Assembly (NCBI GenBank): GCA_013265495.1 | Contig: MU061579.1 | Location: 6,920,124-6,984,123, forward strand | Length of the DNA: 64,000 nucleotides | From: Vicugna vicugna | Taxonomy: Eukaryota | Direction of reading: 5' to 3' | Shown: piece after piece, positions 13,560 through 26,017 of the stretch | How positions within the stretch are numbered: position 1 is the first letter of the stretch | How the letters are laid out: every line of letters begins with the position of its first letter | Position numbers and translations under genes: made by a program | Notes under the pieces: model-generated | What the model was told of the DNA's origin: nothing | Seen by the model: the letters and a program-made list of their open reading frames with translations, nothing else | The model's database searches: none

Positions 13560-14450
13560 AAGTTTTCCTATCATTTTAATTTGTGCTGAAATGAGTGTCT
13601 TAATTGTAGCATATATATTGACCTTTGTCTGTATCTCTGCTTATTTCTTTGTGATAGATTTCTAGAAGTGTAATCACTGAGTCAAAGAATAGAAAACTTT
13701 CCTCTTCTTGAAACATATGGACAAATTGCTTTTCAAAAATATCTGTACCAGTTGATGCTTCAACAAACATGAGTCTCTGCAAACTCTCCTTAGGGATTGA
13801 AAAAACATCTTTTTTTAATTCTTTGCCATTTGATAAATGAAAATTTATAATTTGTTTACATGTGTATTGCAATGATTAATAGTTAATTAAATATTTTCTT
13901 TTTTATTGAAGTATGGGTAATGTACAATGGGTGTACAATATAGTGATTCACATTTTTAAAGGTTATACTCCATTTATAGTTATGATGAAATATTGGCTAT
14001 ATTCCCTGTGTTGTGTTATACATTTTGTGGCTTATTTTATACCTTGTAATTTGCACCTCTTACTCCCCTACCCATACATTGCACTCCTCTTCCTTCACCC
14101 CATTGGTAACCACTAGTTTGTTCTCTGTATCTGTGAGTCTGCTTCTATTTTGGAATTAAACATTTTCTTACAGTTATTCACCATTAGTATTCTAGTCATG
14201 TTTTTTTGCCCATTTTTTAGGATTTTTGCATTTTAATCATTGATTTGTTCAAATTTTATACATTAGGAATTGTAGTATTTATATTTGTTACAGATAAGTC
14301 AGGTTGTAAATTGTCTTTAATATAGGTTGTCATGAAATGTGAAGTACAGGATAATTTTATATAAATAATCAAATGTGTTGACTTTGTAAATCAATTTTTC
14401 CAATATATTTATGAATGGAAAGTCTTTCCCTATCTTGAAATCAGGCTAAA
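13560..14450 (-). mobile_element. Old (L1ME-like) antisense L1 relic interrupted by a younger L1
   Basis: Minus-strand ORF2-like remnant (FDSVITLLEIYHKEI); tctagaagtgtaatcactgagtcaaag, caaattgcttttcaaaa. Confidence 0.6.
13901..14153 (-). mobile_element. Short L1 3'-UTR insertion with TSD
   Basis: ttttattgaagta...ttggctatattccctgtg...ggtaaccactagtttgttctctgtatctgtgagtctg; TSD aattaaa(t/c)attttctt at 13885-13900 and 14154-14169. Confidence 0.85.
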
Positions 14451-15006
14451 AAATAGGAAAAAAAATATGGGTGACCATCTTTTTTACATGTAGAAAGGTT
14501 GAGAATCTTGGTCATTTAATAGAATTTCAATACATTCCCATTATTTTCATAATTTAAATATTGGGTCTTATGATATCTTGTTTTATGCTTTTATTTTCTA
14601 TGCTTTCTTGCTATTCTTTTATTTCTATAGGATTTTTTCCTACTCTATTTGAAAGTTACAAATTGTAGTTATTTTTTGCTTACAGATCTTTACCATCAAG
14701 GTATTTTCAAACTTTCTTTAGCCAATATTCCAAGATTAACACCATCAAGAATTAAATAGCATTTTTTACTACTTACTATAAAAATATAGGATTTTAGCCT
14801 ACTTTAACTTCCCTCCCCACTCCATCTCAACTTCCAATATACCTTAGAACAACGTGGGGTTGACAGTGTTTTTAATATTATATAACTTCTGTTTCAAGAA
14901 TATATTTCCCTTCGGTTTTGCAAACTTATCTATAGTATAAGAATTCATTGAATTATTATGATAAGAAGCTACAGAGATTGGGGAGAATTTATTGATTAGA
15001 TATTCC

Positions 15007-16147
15007 TTTTTTTTTGCTGTATCACAGTATACTTTTTTTTAAATTGAAGTACAGTCAGTTACAATGTGTCAGTTTCTGTGTACACTACAGTGTCCCAGTC
15101 ACATATACACATACGTATATTCATTTTCATATTTTTTCATTAAAGATTATTACAAGATATTGAGCATAGCTCCCTGTACTATATAGAAGAAATTTTTTAA
15201 CCTATTTTTATATATAGTGGCTAATGTTTGTAAATCTCAAACTCACAAATTTATCCCTTCCCACTCCCTTTCCCAGCATAGCTCCCTGTACTATACAGAA
15301 GAAATTTTTTAACCTATTTTTATATATAGTGGCTAATGTTTTTAACCTATTTTTATATATAGTGGCTAATGTAAATCTCAAACTCACAAATTTATCCCTT
15401 CCCACTCCCTTTCCCTGATAATGATAAGATAGTTTACTATGTCTGAGTCTGTTTCTGTTTTGGAGATGAGTTCACAGTGTCCTTTCTTTTTTCTTTTTTT
15501 TTTTTTCTTAGATTCCACATGTCAGTGATATCATATGGTATTTTTCTTTCTCTTTCTGACTTAGCTCACTTAGAATGACAGTCTCCAGGTCCATCCATGT
15601 TGCTGCAAGTGGCATTATTTTATCCTTTTTTATGGCTGGGTAGTATTCCATTGTATCAGTATACCACAACTTCTTTATTCAATCATCTGTTGATGAACAT
15701 TTAGGTTGCTTCCATGTCGTTGTTGTATATAATGCTGCTGTGAACATTGAGGTGTGTGTATCTTTTCAAATTAGAATTCCCTCCAGATATATACCCAGAA
15801 ATGGGATTGCTGGATCATATGGTAGGTCTATTTTTAGTTTTTTGAGGAATCTCCATACTGTTTTCCATAATGGCTGCACCAAAATATATTCCCACCAGCA
15901 GTGTAAGAGGGTTCCCTTTTCTCCACATCCTCCAGCATTTATCATCCATGGACTTTTGAATGATGGCCATTCTGACTGATGTGAGGTGATACCTCATTGT
16001 AGTTTTGATTTGCATTTCTCTAATTAGTGATATTGAGCATTTTTTCATGTGTCTATTGATCATTTGTATGTCTTCCTTGGAGAATTGCTTGTTTAGGTCT
16101 TCTGCCCATTTTTGGATTGGGTTGTTTGTTTTTTTGTTATTAAGTTG
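15007..16147 (-). mobile_element. 5'-truncated L1 (antisense) with an internal tandem duplication in the 3' UTR
   Basis: Minus-strand ORF2 peptide [37 protein letters not shown]; poly-T at 15007-15015 and 15033-15040; candidate TSD gatattcc at 14999-15006 and 16148-16155. Confidence 0.9.
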
Positions 16148-17889
16148 GATATTCCGTGTTTTTAATTCATTATTTATTCAGATTGAATACATATTCCTTT
16201 TTAAATCTAATTTTTAATCATTTTTATATCATAGACTCACAAGCAATTCTCAGCAGGCAACCAAGTTTAGAGGAGATGCTATGCTACTGACGGTTTAGGA
16301 TACATTCCTTGTGCCATCTGAAGGTGAGATGTGAAAAGGAAAAGCTCAGGACTAACACAGAACAGTCAGAGTATTATCCATCTCTCCATTCAAGAGTTTG
16401 AACTCTCAACACCCACAACAACATAAACCTTTTCAAAGATTTAACACCTGCCATTTTTAGAGAGTATTTAAAGTTATGTTTTCATTATGCTTTTTCTGAA
16501 TTCTCTTAGCTCTGTACATCTTTGCTTCTCAGTAAAAGATGCTGATAGTCTAAACAGTCATAAAATTTATCTTATTGGTCCCTCAAGGGGGAATAGAGTT
16601 TTGTGTATTAAATAAAAGGCACACTATAGAAAGACTGATTGTATTTCCAAATGTAATTTCAGATGTACCTTGCTTTACTTACTAGATTTACTTCTAGGCA
16701 GCAGTGTAAATTGATTTTTTATAAATCAAGTTATATATTAAATGCACTGAAGAAGTTTGCTATTTTAAATTTACCACTTGATGAATTCTTTTCTAAAAGT
16801 ATCATCAATCCCTTTTTAACCTGTTTTATATATATGAACTTTCTAATATCAAGGTGGCTTAGTTCTAAGCCAGTGTGTCTTCCTCTTTTATAATATGTTA
16901 TGTTTTATAAGTAAGCAATTGCACTGCATCCTTAAGTCTTCTCTTGGCTAAATAAGTTTTTGACCATCAAGATAGAGATAAAGTTGATATTGACTTAAAT
17001 ACATGAAAGAAAAAGAACCCAGAACTCAGGTTCTCAGGGGAAAGTGCAAGGAGATGTGGGATGGGGTGGGACATCCTACCCGAGTAATACATGAGACAAA
17101 GATAACAAGTCTTGAAGAAGGCACAGCTATGTAGACTATTCTAAATCAGTTGTCACACATATCAAAAGAGAGCTCAGTGAAAGATGGAAGATAAAAAATA
17201 TAGAGTCAAAATAACACTGAGACCAAGAAACTAGGAAAAATAAAGATGAAGAGTGATAAACAATAGGAGGCTAGAGAGGTGTATTTTGGATTAGTCAGAC
17301 AGTGCAAAAGATGAGCTATAGCTCTGGAAATCAAAATAGAGGAATCTCCAGATGTAATGTTCAATGAGAAAAGCACATCACAGAAACCTATATATAGTAT
17401 TGTTCAGTGATATATGCAAAATATACAAAATTAAGAATCGATTGTTTAGAGACAAAGTCATGTATGGTAAAACTTAAAGGCAAGAGTGAGGGGAATTTTG
17501 CTTCCAATAACAGTCTATTAAGTAATGGTGTATTAGTTACCTCTCTGATAAGGATAACTAGAAAAAGTAGACAAAATATATGAAAGTTCAGCTTGAAATT
17601 GGCACACTAAAAGATAAATGAGTACTACCATGGGATGATGGAAATCCAGACAGAGGAGCTCAGCACTTTGGGATGTCAGTAAGGGGCCAGAAAGAAACAC
17701 ATGGCTCATTTAAGTGGCATGACTGAGGTGTAGTCAGTGAAGCTACAACTTGTAAAGGTATGGGAAGGATAGAGCGAAACCAGTGGAAGATGAGGATGAA
17801 CCACAGGTTGTTGGATTTCCATTAGCAGCCCCAGCCCTGCAAGGGCAGGGAAAGGAAGTTATTACAAACACAGAGAGCTGTGGGAAATT

Positions 17890-18900
17890 ATGGGTTTTTT
17901 CTGTTCAGGGACTTGGAAAAAACAAGATTGGAAAATTGATCCCAAAGAATTCTGGGAAAGAGTTATGTAGATGGACCCCTTAAAATGGACAGACTGTGAA
18001 GATATGTGTACCCTATGTGAATACTCACCAATGGGTTTCCACTGCAGAGTAGGCTCTTAACCAAGTGGACAGAATCATGTGGTCTGTAGATGTCAGTCAG
18101 CTTTTTTCCCGAGACACAATGCTTTCTCTTTGGGCCCATGAACAAAATGGCCATAGTGGCAGGAATGGAGGTTATGCCTGGGCTCAACAAAATGGACTTC
18201 CTCTTCCTGAAGCTGACCTTGCTAAAGCTACTGCTGAGTGCCTGATCTGCCAAAAAAGTGAGTTCAAAACTGAGTCCACAATATGGCAGCATTCCCTGGA
18301 GGGACCAGCCAGTAAACTGTTAGCAGATTGTTACATTACACTGCTTCTGTCATGGAAGGGACAGAGATTCATTCTTACTGGAATAGACATATATTCTGGA
18401 CATGGATTTGCCTTCCCTGCCAATGTTACCACCGTAACTACCATCCTTGGAGTCACAGAATTAACTGAAAGATGAGACTACCACCTGGCCATTTAGTGCT
18501 CTTTATGCCACTGACCCAACAGGCACAAAAGCTAGTAATTCTACTCCTAGAGTGACTGATTCTAATTTCCAAGGGGAAATCAAGTCATTTCTATACAATA
18601 AAGGCAAGGAAACATGTATCTGGAAGCCAGGGATTTCCAGGGCATCTCATATTTCTGTGCCCAGTAGTAAAAATTAATGGAAAACTACAGCACCCAAATA
18701 AGGCAGGGCAGTTGTGAGTCATGAATTCTTCATGAAAGTTTGAGTCACTCCACCAGGGAAAGAACCCCAACCAACTGAGGTTCTGGCTCAAAGGAGGGGA
18801 AACAAATGTAATGGGTAGTGAAAGGAAGAACCCAAGTATCAACTACAACCTCATAAATGATTGCAGAAATGAAGACTGTAGGAGTTTTGCATATTTTCTC
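17890..18900 (+). pseudogene. ERV-L pol relic: RNase H end, integrase (HHCC zinc finger, start of core) and downstream region
   Basis: ORF 18065-18475 contains WAHEQNGHSGRNGGYAWAQQNGLPLPEADLAKATAECLICQ (HHCC) and SWKGQRFILTGIDIYSGHGFAFPA, typical of ERV-L integrase; degenerate and internally deleted. Confidence 0.85.
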
Positions 18901-18959
18901 TTTGTTTGTTATATGAATGAGTTTATTTGTATTTGCTAATGATTTTCTTCTTGCAAGTC

Positions 18960-19296
18960 TCAGCTTACATTTCCCTGCAGACTAATATGGGCCCATCAAA
19001 TGTGGACCATCTTTGGCACAAAGTAACCCAAAGACTTTTACCACCAGCCATGGTGGGCTGCAGCCATATCCTCTTCAACAAGATCTGAATCCTAGCCTTG
19101 CATGGGGCAGAGGAGAGGGTCCAAGTGTGTCCTTCCTTGGATTCTCCCCCTCAGCCCTAGGATATTCTTTGGAATTCTCCTTTAGTCCCTCTTTGTAGCT
19201 AATCTCCTGTAAATAGTTCATAATGTTTGATATTAAATCATCACTATTAAAACTACTGTGTATTTTCTGTCTCCTGATTGGATCCTGTTTGACACA
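18960..19296 (+). mobile_element. ERV-L-type LTR 3' part
   Basis: attaaa poly(A)-like signal, then tgtgtattttctgtctcctgattggatcctgtttgacaca, a typical class III LTR end finishing in CA. Confidence 0.6.
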
Positions 19297-19835
19297 AATG
19301 CAAGTGGGATAAATGTTCCAATTAAAAGACAAAGACTATCACACTTAATTTTTTAAAAGTACTATTTATGAAAGAAATATCTATAACTTAAGAATACAGA
19401 AAGGATGAAAGGACATAGAAAGGGCAAAGATATCCCATGTGAAAGAAAGCTGGGGTACTCGTATCGATAGCAGATAAAATAGACCTTAAGATAAAAAGTA
19501 TTTCTAGAGATTAAAAGGGACATGTCACAATAATCAAAAATCCAATTCACCTGAAATACACTTTCTAACCACTTAAGATGGCTTCAGATATATACAAAAC
19601 TAAAACAAACACATGATAATAGTAGGATGTTTTAAATAAACCTCTCTCAGGAACTAATATAACAAGGAGACAAAGAATTCAATAAGGATATAAAAGAATT
19701 AAATACTGAATTGATCTGACAAACCTGATCTGACAAGCCAACATCTGCAGAATATACATTTTTTTCAACAGCCCACCAGCATATTTTTTTAACTTACCAA
19801 ATGCTGGTCAAAAGCAAAACTCAAAACACACACAG
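19297..19835 (+). mobile_element. Old L1 ORF2 endonuclease-region relic
   Basis: aatgttccaattaaaagacaaagactatc, aagaaagctggggtactc...gataaaatagac, gcagaatatacatttttttcaa. Confidence 0.7.
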
Positions 19836-19889
19836 TATATTGACTGCGAAATCTATGTACCATCTTCAGACCTCATGCTGAGATCCAAA

Positions 19890-20198
19890 GCTTTTTTTGT
19901 GTGTGTGTGTGTTTATTTTTTTTATTTTTTTTCTTTTACATTTTTTATTGATTCATAATCATTTTACAGTGTTGTGTCAAATTCCAGTGTTCACAATTTT
20001 TCAGTCATTCATGGACATATACACACTCATTGTCACATTTTTTTCTCTGTGATTTATCATAACATTTTGTGTATATTTCCCTGTGCTATACAGTGTAATC
20101 TTGTTTATCTATTCTACAATTTTGAAATCCCAGTCTATCCCTTCCCACCCTCTACCCGCCCCCCCGGTAACCACAAGTCTGTATTCTCTGTCCATGAG
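19890..20198 (-). mobile_element. Young L1 3'-UTR insertion (antisense) with a T/TG-rich tail
   Basis: Reverse complement of the 3' UTR at 6830-7085 (atttccctgtgctatacagtgtaatcttgtttatctattctacaattttgaaatcccagtctatc); short direct repeat agcttt on both sides. Confidence 0.9.
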
Positions 20199-20210
20199 CT
20201 TTATATCCAA

Positions 20211-20417
20211 GCTGGGACAGCTGGAGTGTGCTAGTGAGAGTAGACTGCCCATCTCTTCCTAACTTGGCATTAGTGACATCACACTGGTAGCTTAAAATTG
20301 GACACGACATTGGGGGAGTATTTACACCAGGGAAATTAACAAATTCTACCCCCAAAAAAGAGCTTTTTTCTTTATGGTTTCAGAGTCAGTTGTTAAATAT
20401 TTACCAGCACACCAATG
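20211..20417 (-). mobile_element. hAT-Tip100 (Arthur-like) DNA transposon relic inserted in an L2
   Basis: Terminus gttgttaaatatttaccagcacaccaatg (reverse complement cattggtgtgctggtaaat...); direct repeat tatccaa at 20204-20210 and 20418-20424. Confidence 0.6.
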
Positions 20418-20700
20418 TATCCAACCAGTTCTGAACTATCTCCACATGGGTGTTGTAATGGCATCTCAATCTCCACATGTCTAAAACCATACTCATTATG
20501 TCCCCTCTTCAAGTTTTTGCACCCTTTATCAATTTTCTAGTTAATGGCATCACCAGCTGTCCATTCACACAAGCTAAAATCCCAGAGTTAACACTTCCTC
20601 TTCTTCACTCTCACGTTTAATCAGTCACCAAGTCCTCTACATTTTATGTTCAAAACTTGTCCCAAATTTGTTCTTTTCTCCCCTTTCCTCCTGCTGCTTT
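20418..20700 (+). mobile_element. L2 fragment (resumes at about 21260-21650)
   Basis: atctccacatgggtgttgtaatggcatctcaatctccacatgtctaaaacc, ttaatggcatcaccagctgtcca, aatcagtcaccaagtcct. Confidence 0.7.
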
Positions 20701-20737
20701 TATAGCAAAAGTCCTCTGTGATCTGTACATGTGCTTC

Positions 20738-21014
20738 CAGGGTTGCTATTCAAAATATTTAAAAACTCATTATGCCTAGACTTGACCAATCAGAGCAGAA
20801 GTCAGCTGCAGTACAGGACAAGGCCCTGCAGACACCCTGGTGGCTAGATCAGAAGGTCCTGGGTTCCTTAGGGGTGCATCAGACAGCCAGAGCTATGGGA
20901 GCTAGTGACACTCAGGAGCTCATAAAAGCAACTTAAGAAGCTGGAAGGATGTTATTTCAATATCTTAGCAAAGTAAAAGGTACACCACTGTGTACCAGCT
21001 GAATATTTGTCCTG
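20738..21014. mobile_element. Probable hAT DNA transposon relic with imperfect TIRs
   Basis: cagggttgctattca ... tgaatatttgtcctg form imperfect terminal inverted repeats. Confidence 0.45.
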
Positions 21015-21163
21015 GGTTTTCTATGTGTATCATGGAGGTACACAGGAGAGTTTAAAGAGGTACATATACAAACCTTAAAAAAAAAGATATGTTTCTTTTA
21101 AATGCTAAAAATATAATACAGTAAGGCAAATTTTGAAATATACTTAGTGTAAGTTATATAAGT

Positions 21164-21210
21164 AGATAGAGAGAGAGAGAGAGAGATAGACAGACAGACA
21201 GACAGACAGA
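21164..21210 (+). repeat. Compound (GA)n/(GACA)n microsatellite
   Basis: agatagagagagagagagagagatagacagacagacagacagacaga. Confidence 0.95.
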
Positions 21211-21759
21211 AAGGACCCTTGGCAAAAATTAGGTGAATGCAAAGACCCTGGAATTTTTGGTGCCCTGCTTCCACTTTCCTATCTTTCTCCTTCAGTGCTG
21301 CCAGAATATTTTTTCTAAACACAGATTGGATCCATTCAATTCCATAATTTCAAATTGTCTGACACTTCTCCAGTGCTTATGGAATGTAGCCCAAACCCCT
21401 TAACAAGGCTTACAGTGGTCTTAAAAATACAGCCTCATAGAATTACTTTTACAATTTTACCATAATGTCTACATCTTTCTCTCATCCTTCCATGTGTTAG
21501 TTCAGATATTCCCCAACTGGCAAATGCCAACTTACCATTCAAATCTCAGTGTAAATGTCACTTTTTTCTGTAAGGCTTTCCTGAACATCTTACACAGAAT
21601 GAATGACATCTTCCCTTTGATTCTGATGTGCTTTATTCACATCACCATTTAGAAGGCACAGCACAATGACTTGAGGGTCCTTCTTCCAGTGGCCTTTGTG
21701 AGAGGACTTGATTACTCATTGGCAACCCTCTCCCAAAGAATGGGCACAAATATTAGAAT

Positions 21760-22215
21760 TCTATATTAATTATGGCACAATCTAAGCCCTTATAACAAAG
21801 AGAATACAAAGCACATAGGTTCAACAAGATCAAAGTGTCTCTTTCTCATGCAATAGCCCAGGAATGGTGGATAAGACCTAGAGGAGCGTAGCTCCACCAT
21901 TCTCAACATGCAGTCTGCATCCCTGCTTCCAAAGTGGCCACTCCACTCCCATCCTCATGTCTGCCTCCAGCAAGCCAGAGAGGCATAGTACAAGCATGCA
22001 TCTTCATTTACAGGGTATTTGGTAGAAATTGCACAGTCACAGCTTCTCAAATCCCATTTAGAACTCAGTCAGACTATCTAATCACAAAAGAGCTTTAGGA
22101 ATTGAGTCATTACCTGGTTAACAGCAGTGTGCCCAGTCAAGGTCTGAGAGGTACTATTGCTAAAAGAAAATGGGGACTAATGGAAGTGGACATAAATTTT
22201 CAGTTGGTGCCTCAA
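21760..22215 (-). mobile_element. MLT1-type MaLR LTR
   Basis: Reverse MLT1-like pattern: ttataacaaagag...gtagaaattgcacagtcacagcttctcaaatcccatttagaactcagtca. Confidence 0.5.
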
Positions 22216-24229
22216 ACAAGACACACAAATCTCTCTGTTTTACCTACATATGAGGCATGCAGATAAAAAGTTTTATGGGGAAACTGTTGGATCGTTGGTC
22301 CCGGTGAGGTTTGCAGTTATTGAGGTGTTTTAGTCATTTATGGTCCCCTTTTTTACCGTTATTATTGCTGCAGCTTATTCTATAAAACCAAGCATATATA
22401 TGATCACAGTCTCTCAGCCCACATATAAATCCTGCTATTTTATGGGACCACTAAACTCTGGGTCAACTTATGTGTATCCCTTATTTATATAGATGGGAAA
22501 CTAAATTAAGTCAACCTTATTTTTCTTATTTTCCACTCTAATAGTATAAACCTTGATTCTTACAAGTACACCATCTTCCAAAAATACAGTTATCACACCT
22601 CTTTTTAAAATTGTATGCATAGCTCTGGCATTATCTACAAGTTCTTACCTTAAAATGTTTAGCTGATTCATAACTCTTGCACTGTGGCTTCAGTTCAGTA
22701 AATGATGCACTAAACCTGAGTAGGAAAGTATTGCTTGCGATCAAAATATGCATTCAATTTGCTAAGCACCAATTATATTTTTTAAAGTACTCTCTTGGGC
22801 ACACTAGTAAAATCTATCAAGCTTTCCATATGGCCTCAAGTTAATAAACGCCTGCCTTCTGCACTGAGCAAGGCTGCAGTGACGCTAGGGTTAACATTAA
22901 TGAGATACAATTATGAACTGTAGGTGCTTGGCTTGAAGCAATAATACATTTGTTTGTATGGGAGAAAGATACTTTTATTTTTCCTCCTGGGGGTCCTTCT
23001 TTCTGGACCACTGAGTATGAATTACTTCTAGGGACTTCACATGTCCCGCAGTGAATATCTGAGCATGATTGAGAGCTGCCTCAGTAAGCCTGCCTACATT
23101 AGGAGCATTCTCCAGTGCAAAATTAAATTTAAACTAATAGCCTTTCATGATTCTCTGGATAATCAGAAACTGAGGGCCTGCATGTCAAAGATGGCAAACT
23201 GGTCTACGAAAGCCACCACAGTGCTTTCTATGCCGTATGTGAAAGCAGCTGCCCTACACACTCTCTCTCCCTGTTTCAGGAGTTGACAGTCAACAACAGT
23301 ACTTGTGTTAGGGGACAAGTTATTAATATTTTATTAATAATTTATAAATTTTATAATAATTTATAATTTTCCAGGCTTCCTCTTCTGCAGCCCACTAATG
23401 AGGATTTGACCTTGACCTTCTCACTCTCTTTGGGTCCCCCTCCATGAGAGGAGAAGCTCTGTGATGCAGAGAGGAAAGATGAGAGTATGCAGACTTAGGC
23501 TAGAAGAGAAGTTACATGGGGAGTTTTGAAGTAAGAGGTAGGGGACCAGCCGCTGTACATGAAGGCAGGGAATGGGACAGAAAATTGGAGATTCTTAGCA
23601 CTGAATGGGCATTCTAAGAATCTTGATGCTTGAGAAATACAAGAATACATATAAATGACTTGGATGGCTTTGAAATTACTTATGGTTGCTGAAATTCTGT
23701 CTTTTTTCTATGAGGTTTCTCTGGCATTGAATCGAGTGGGTACCAGCTTTCAGGCATTACGCATATTTTCTCTCAGCACTCTGTACTCCAGGAGGAAAGG
23801 AAGGGTCCAACTTTAACATTTCCCAAAGATTGGCAACTCAGCGCTGATCTCAGCATTTATCACTTTTAAAATCACATTTTTAGGCAACTAAGAGAGCAGA
23901 TCCTCCATTCATTATTTTGAGAGTGGTGAAAGCATTCACGATCCACCAGAGTGGCCAAATAGGAGCGAAAGAAGACAGGACCAGGAAAGAGCTGGGATGG
24001 CTCCATAATGATGAGTTAAACCAGAGACAGTCACATGGCAATTCCACCTTCCTCACATAATGCAGTCAAACTCTAATTACAATGTCCTCTCTTAACTGCT
24101 CCACCTTTATTCCTTTGCTGTCTCATGTCTGATCTCAGCAGCTCTTTTGAGAAGCCAAAGGGCTCTTGCAAACTCACCAAAATGGAGACAGTCTGGCAAA
24201 GCAAGGGATAAGAAACACAACTCATAATC

Positions 24230-24445
24230 AAGCAGAGCTGAGTTCCAACTGTGACTTGACCATTTAGTCCCTTGGGGAAGATACTTGAAATGAAGAAGCT
24301 GCAGTTTCCTTGTCTATAAAGTGAAGATAATGATAGACACTGTCACATAGGGTAATTTTGAAGATTGAATGAGATGGCTATTATAAAGCACTTGGCATAT
24401 CACCCAACCCATAGTCAGTCCCAAATAAATGCTAGCCATTTTTAT
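24230..24445 (+). mobile_element. MIR SINE
   Basis: gcagtttccttgtctataaagtgaagataatgata...gaagattgaatgagatg...aaagcacttggca...aataaatgctagc. Confidence 0.75.
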
Positions 24446-25124
24446 TATCATTAGCACATTATCATGCTGTGGTTCAGTATTTATTAGCTGCAGTTATGAT
24501 CATTATTGCCATCCTGTATCACCCTCCAACTCTTCTTTATTTCTGCACACTTCCCCTCTTCAAGGCCATATTCTGAACCTCATCTGCCTGACCCACTATG
24601 TGCTACTGCATTTGGATGTGGTCAGAACCTATCACAATCTCCTTCTGAGGCTTTCAAGATGTCATCCCTGCTGGAATCCACCCTGCCCAATCAACAATTT
24701 CTCAGTTTCTCACCTGCATCTCCCTGATGTCTGTCTGGCTTAAAATCACAGCTCTTCCCTGACACCAGTAAGTCTCATCTCCAACAGACAGAGCAAGTCC
24801 AGAGTTTAATAGAAATATTTTTCCCTGCATTGTAACCACGTATTTGAAGCCCCCCACAAATGAATTTAAATGTTAACTTTTATCACATAATTTTCTGAAG
24901 ACTTCTAAGAAGAAAGGAATTGAATTTTTCCTTTTAAGTCTGAAACATTTCAATGAAATATAAAATTTTAAAAGGAGAACTTTTAGAGAAGAACTTTGAA
25001 AGAATTACTCTGATCCTGAAAAATCTAAACCAACTTACGCTCAATTATTTTCCCTCTACTGATAAAAAGAAACCCACAGGGGACAGGAAAAAGCAATAAA
25101 ACAGTAAAGCAAATAAATCTTAAA

Positions 25125-25290
25125 TTTTTACAATTGTCTATCTTCCCAGAAATCTTGTGAGATAGGAGGCGTCACTCCATTGCATGGATGAGGAAACTGA
25201 GATTTAAGGAGAGGAGGTCATTAAGACACCCAACTAGAAAGCATCAAGGCTGAAATAGAAACCTCGTGTCTGACTTCAAAGATCACCACA
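25125..25290 (-). mobile_element. MIR SINE
   Basis: ccattgcatggatgaggaaactgagatttaaggagagg...gtctgacttcaaag. Confidence 0.65.
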
Positions 25291-26017
25291 GCACAGGACA
25301 TCACACCCAGCAGCAGACCTAACCCTGTGATGGGTTTTTTCCCCAACACACTTCCTCACTTTCTTGTTACTCTCACTGGATGTCCACGATAACCCACCCA
25401 AGCACTACTTATAGAAAGGCAGTTTTATTGGCTGATAACTTCCACAATTTGAGCTAACTACCCTCTGGTGTGCTGACAGCGCCTGCACTGAGTCCCTGTG
25501 AAAGCTTGGTGTTCTGAGTCACGGGTCAACTCAATTCTGTTTACCAAACTCCCGGAGACTTTTAAAAATCACTTTACTGGAGTTACAATGGTAAGAAAAC
25601 AAGTTATACAGAAGGACCTGCTGAGAGGGCAGCTGGAAAGTGTTCTGAGCAATTACAGATCAGCAGCATTTCTTCCTATGTCATCTTTAGACTCACAGCA
25701 GATTCAACGTTTGGAGGAGAAAAATAAGAGAACCGTGGAAAATCACCAGTGAGTAAGTGAGAATGTCTCCAAGTTCTACTGTGTTGTATGCCTCTTGTGA
25801 GCGTTTCACCTGCCTTCCATGCCAATTACTAGCAAAACTCCACTCTGAATCAATACCGTGTAGAAAAGATAAGAGGATAGTAGAATTTACTAGCACTGGA
25901 AGATTTTGCTTTTAACACACTTATTTTATCAAACTATCTTAACGTCTTTGCCCTGTGATTTTTTTTCAATAACATCATTTCTGTAGTTTCCAACTGATAA
26001 TTAAGATCTATGAGGTG

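Noticed and set aside
15163..15415. CRISPR-like direct repeats
   Set aside because: Eukaryotic DNA; these are tandem duplications inside an L1, with no unique spacers or cas genes.
23320..23370. AT-rich hairpin ttattaata-ttt-tattaataa
   Set aside because: Short low-complexity palindrome expected by chance.
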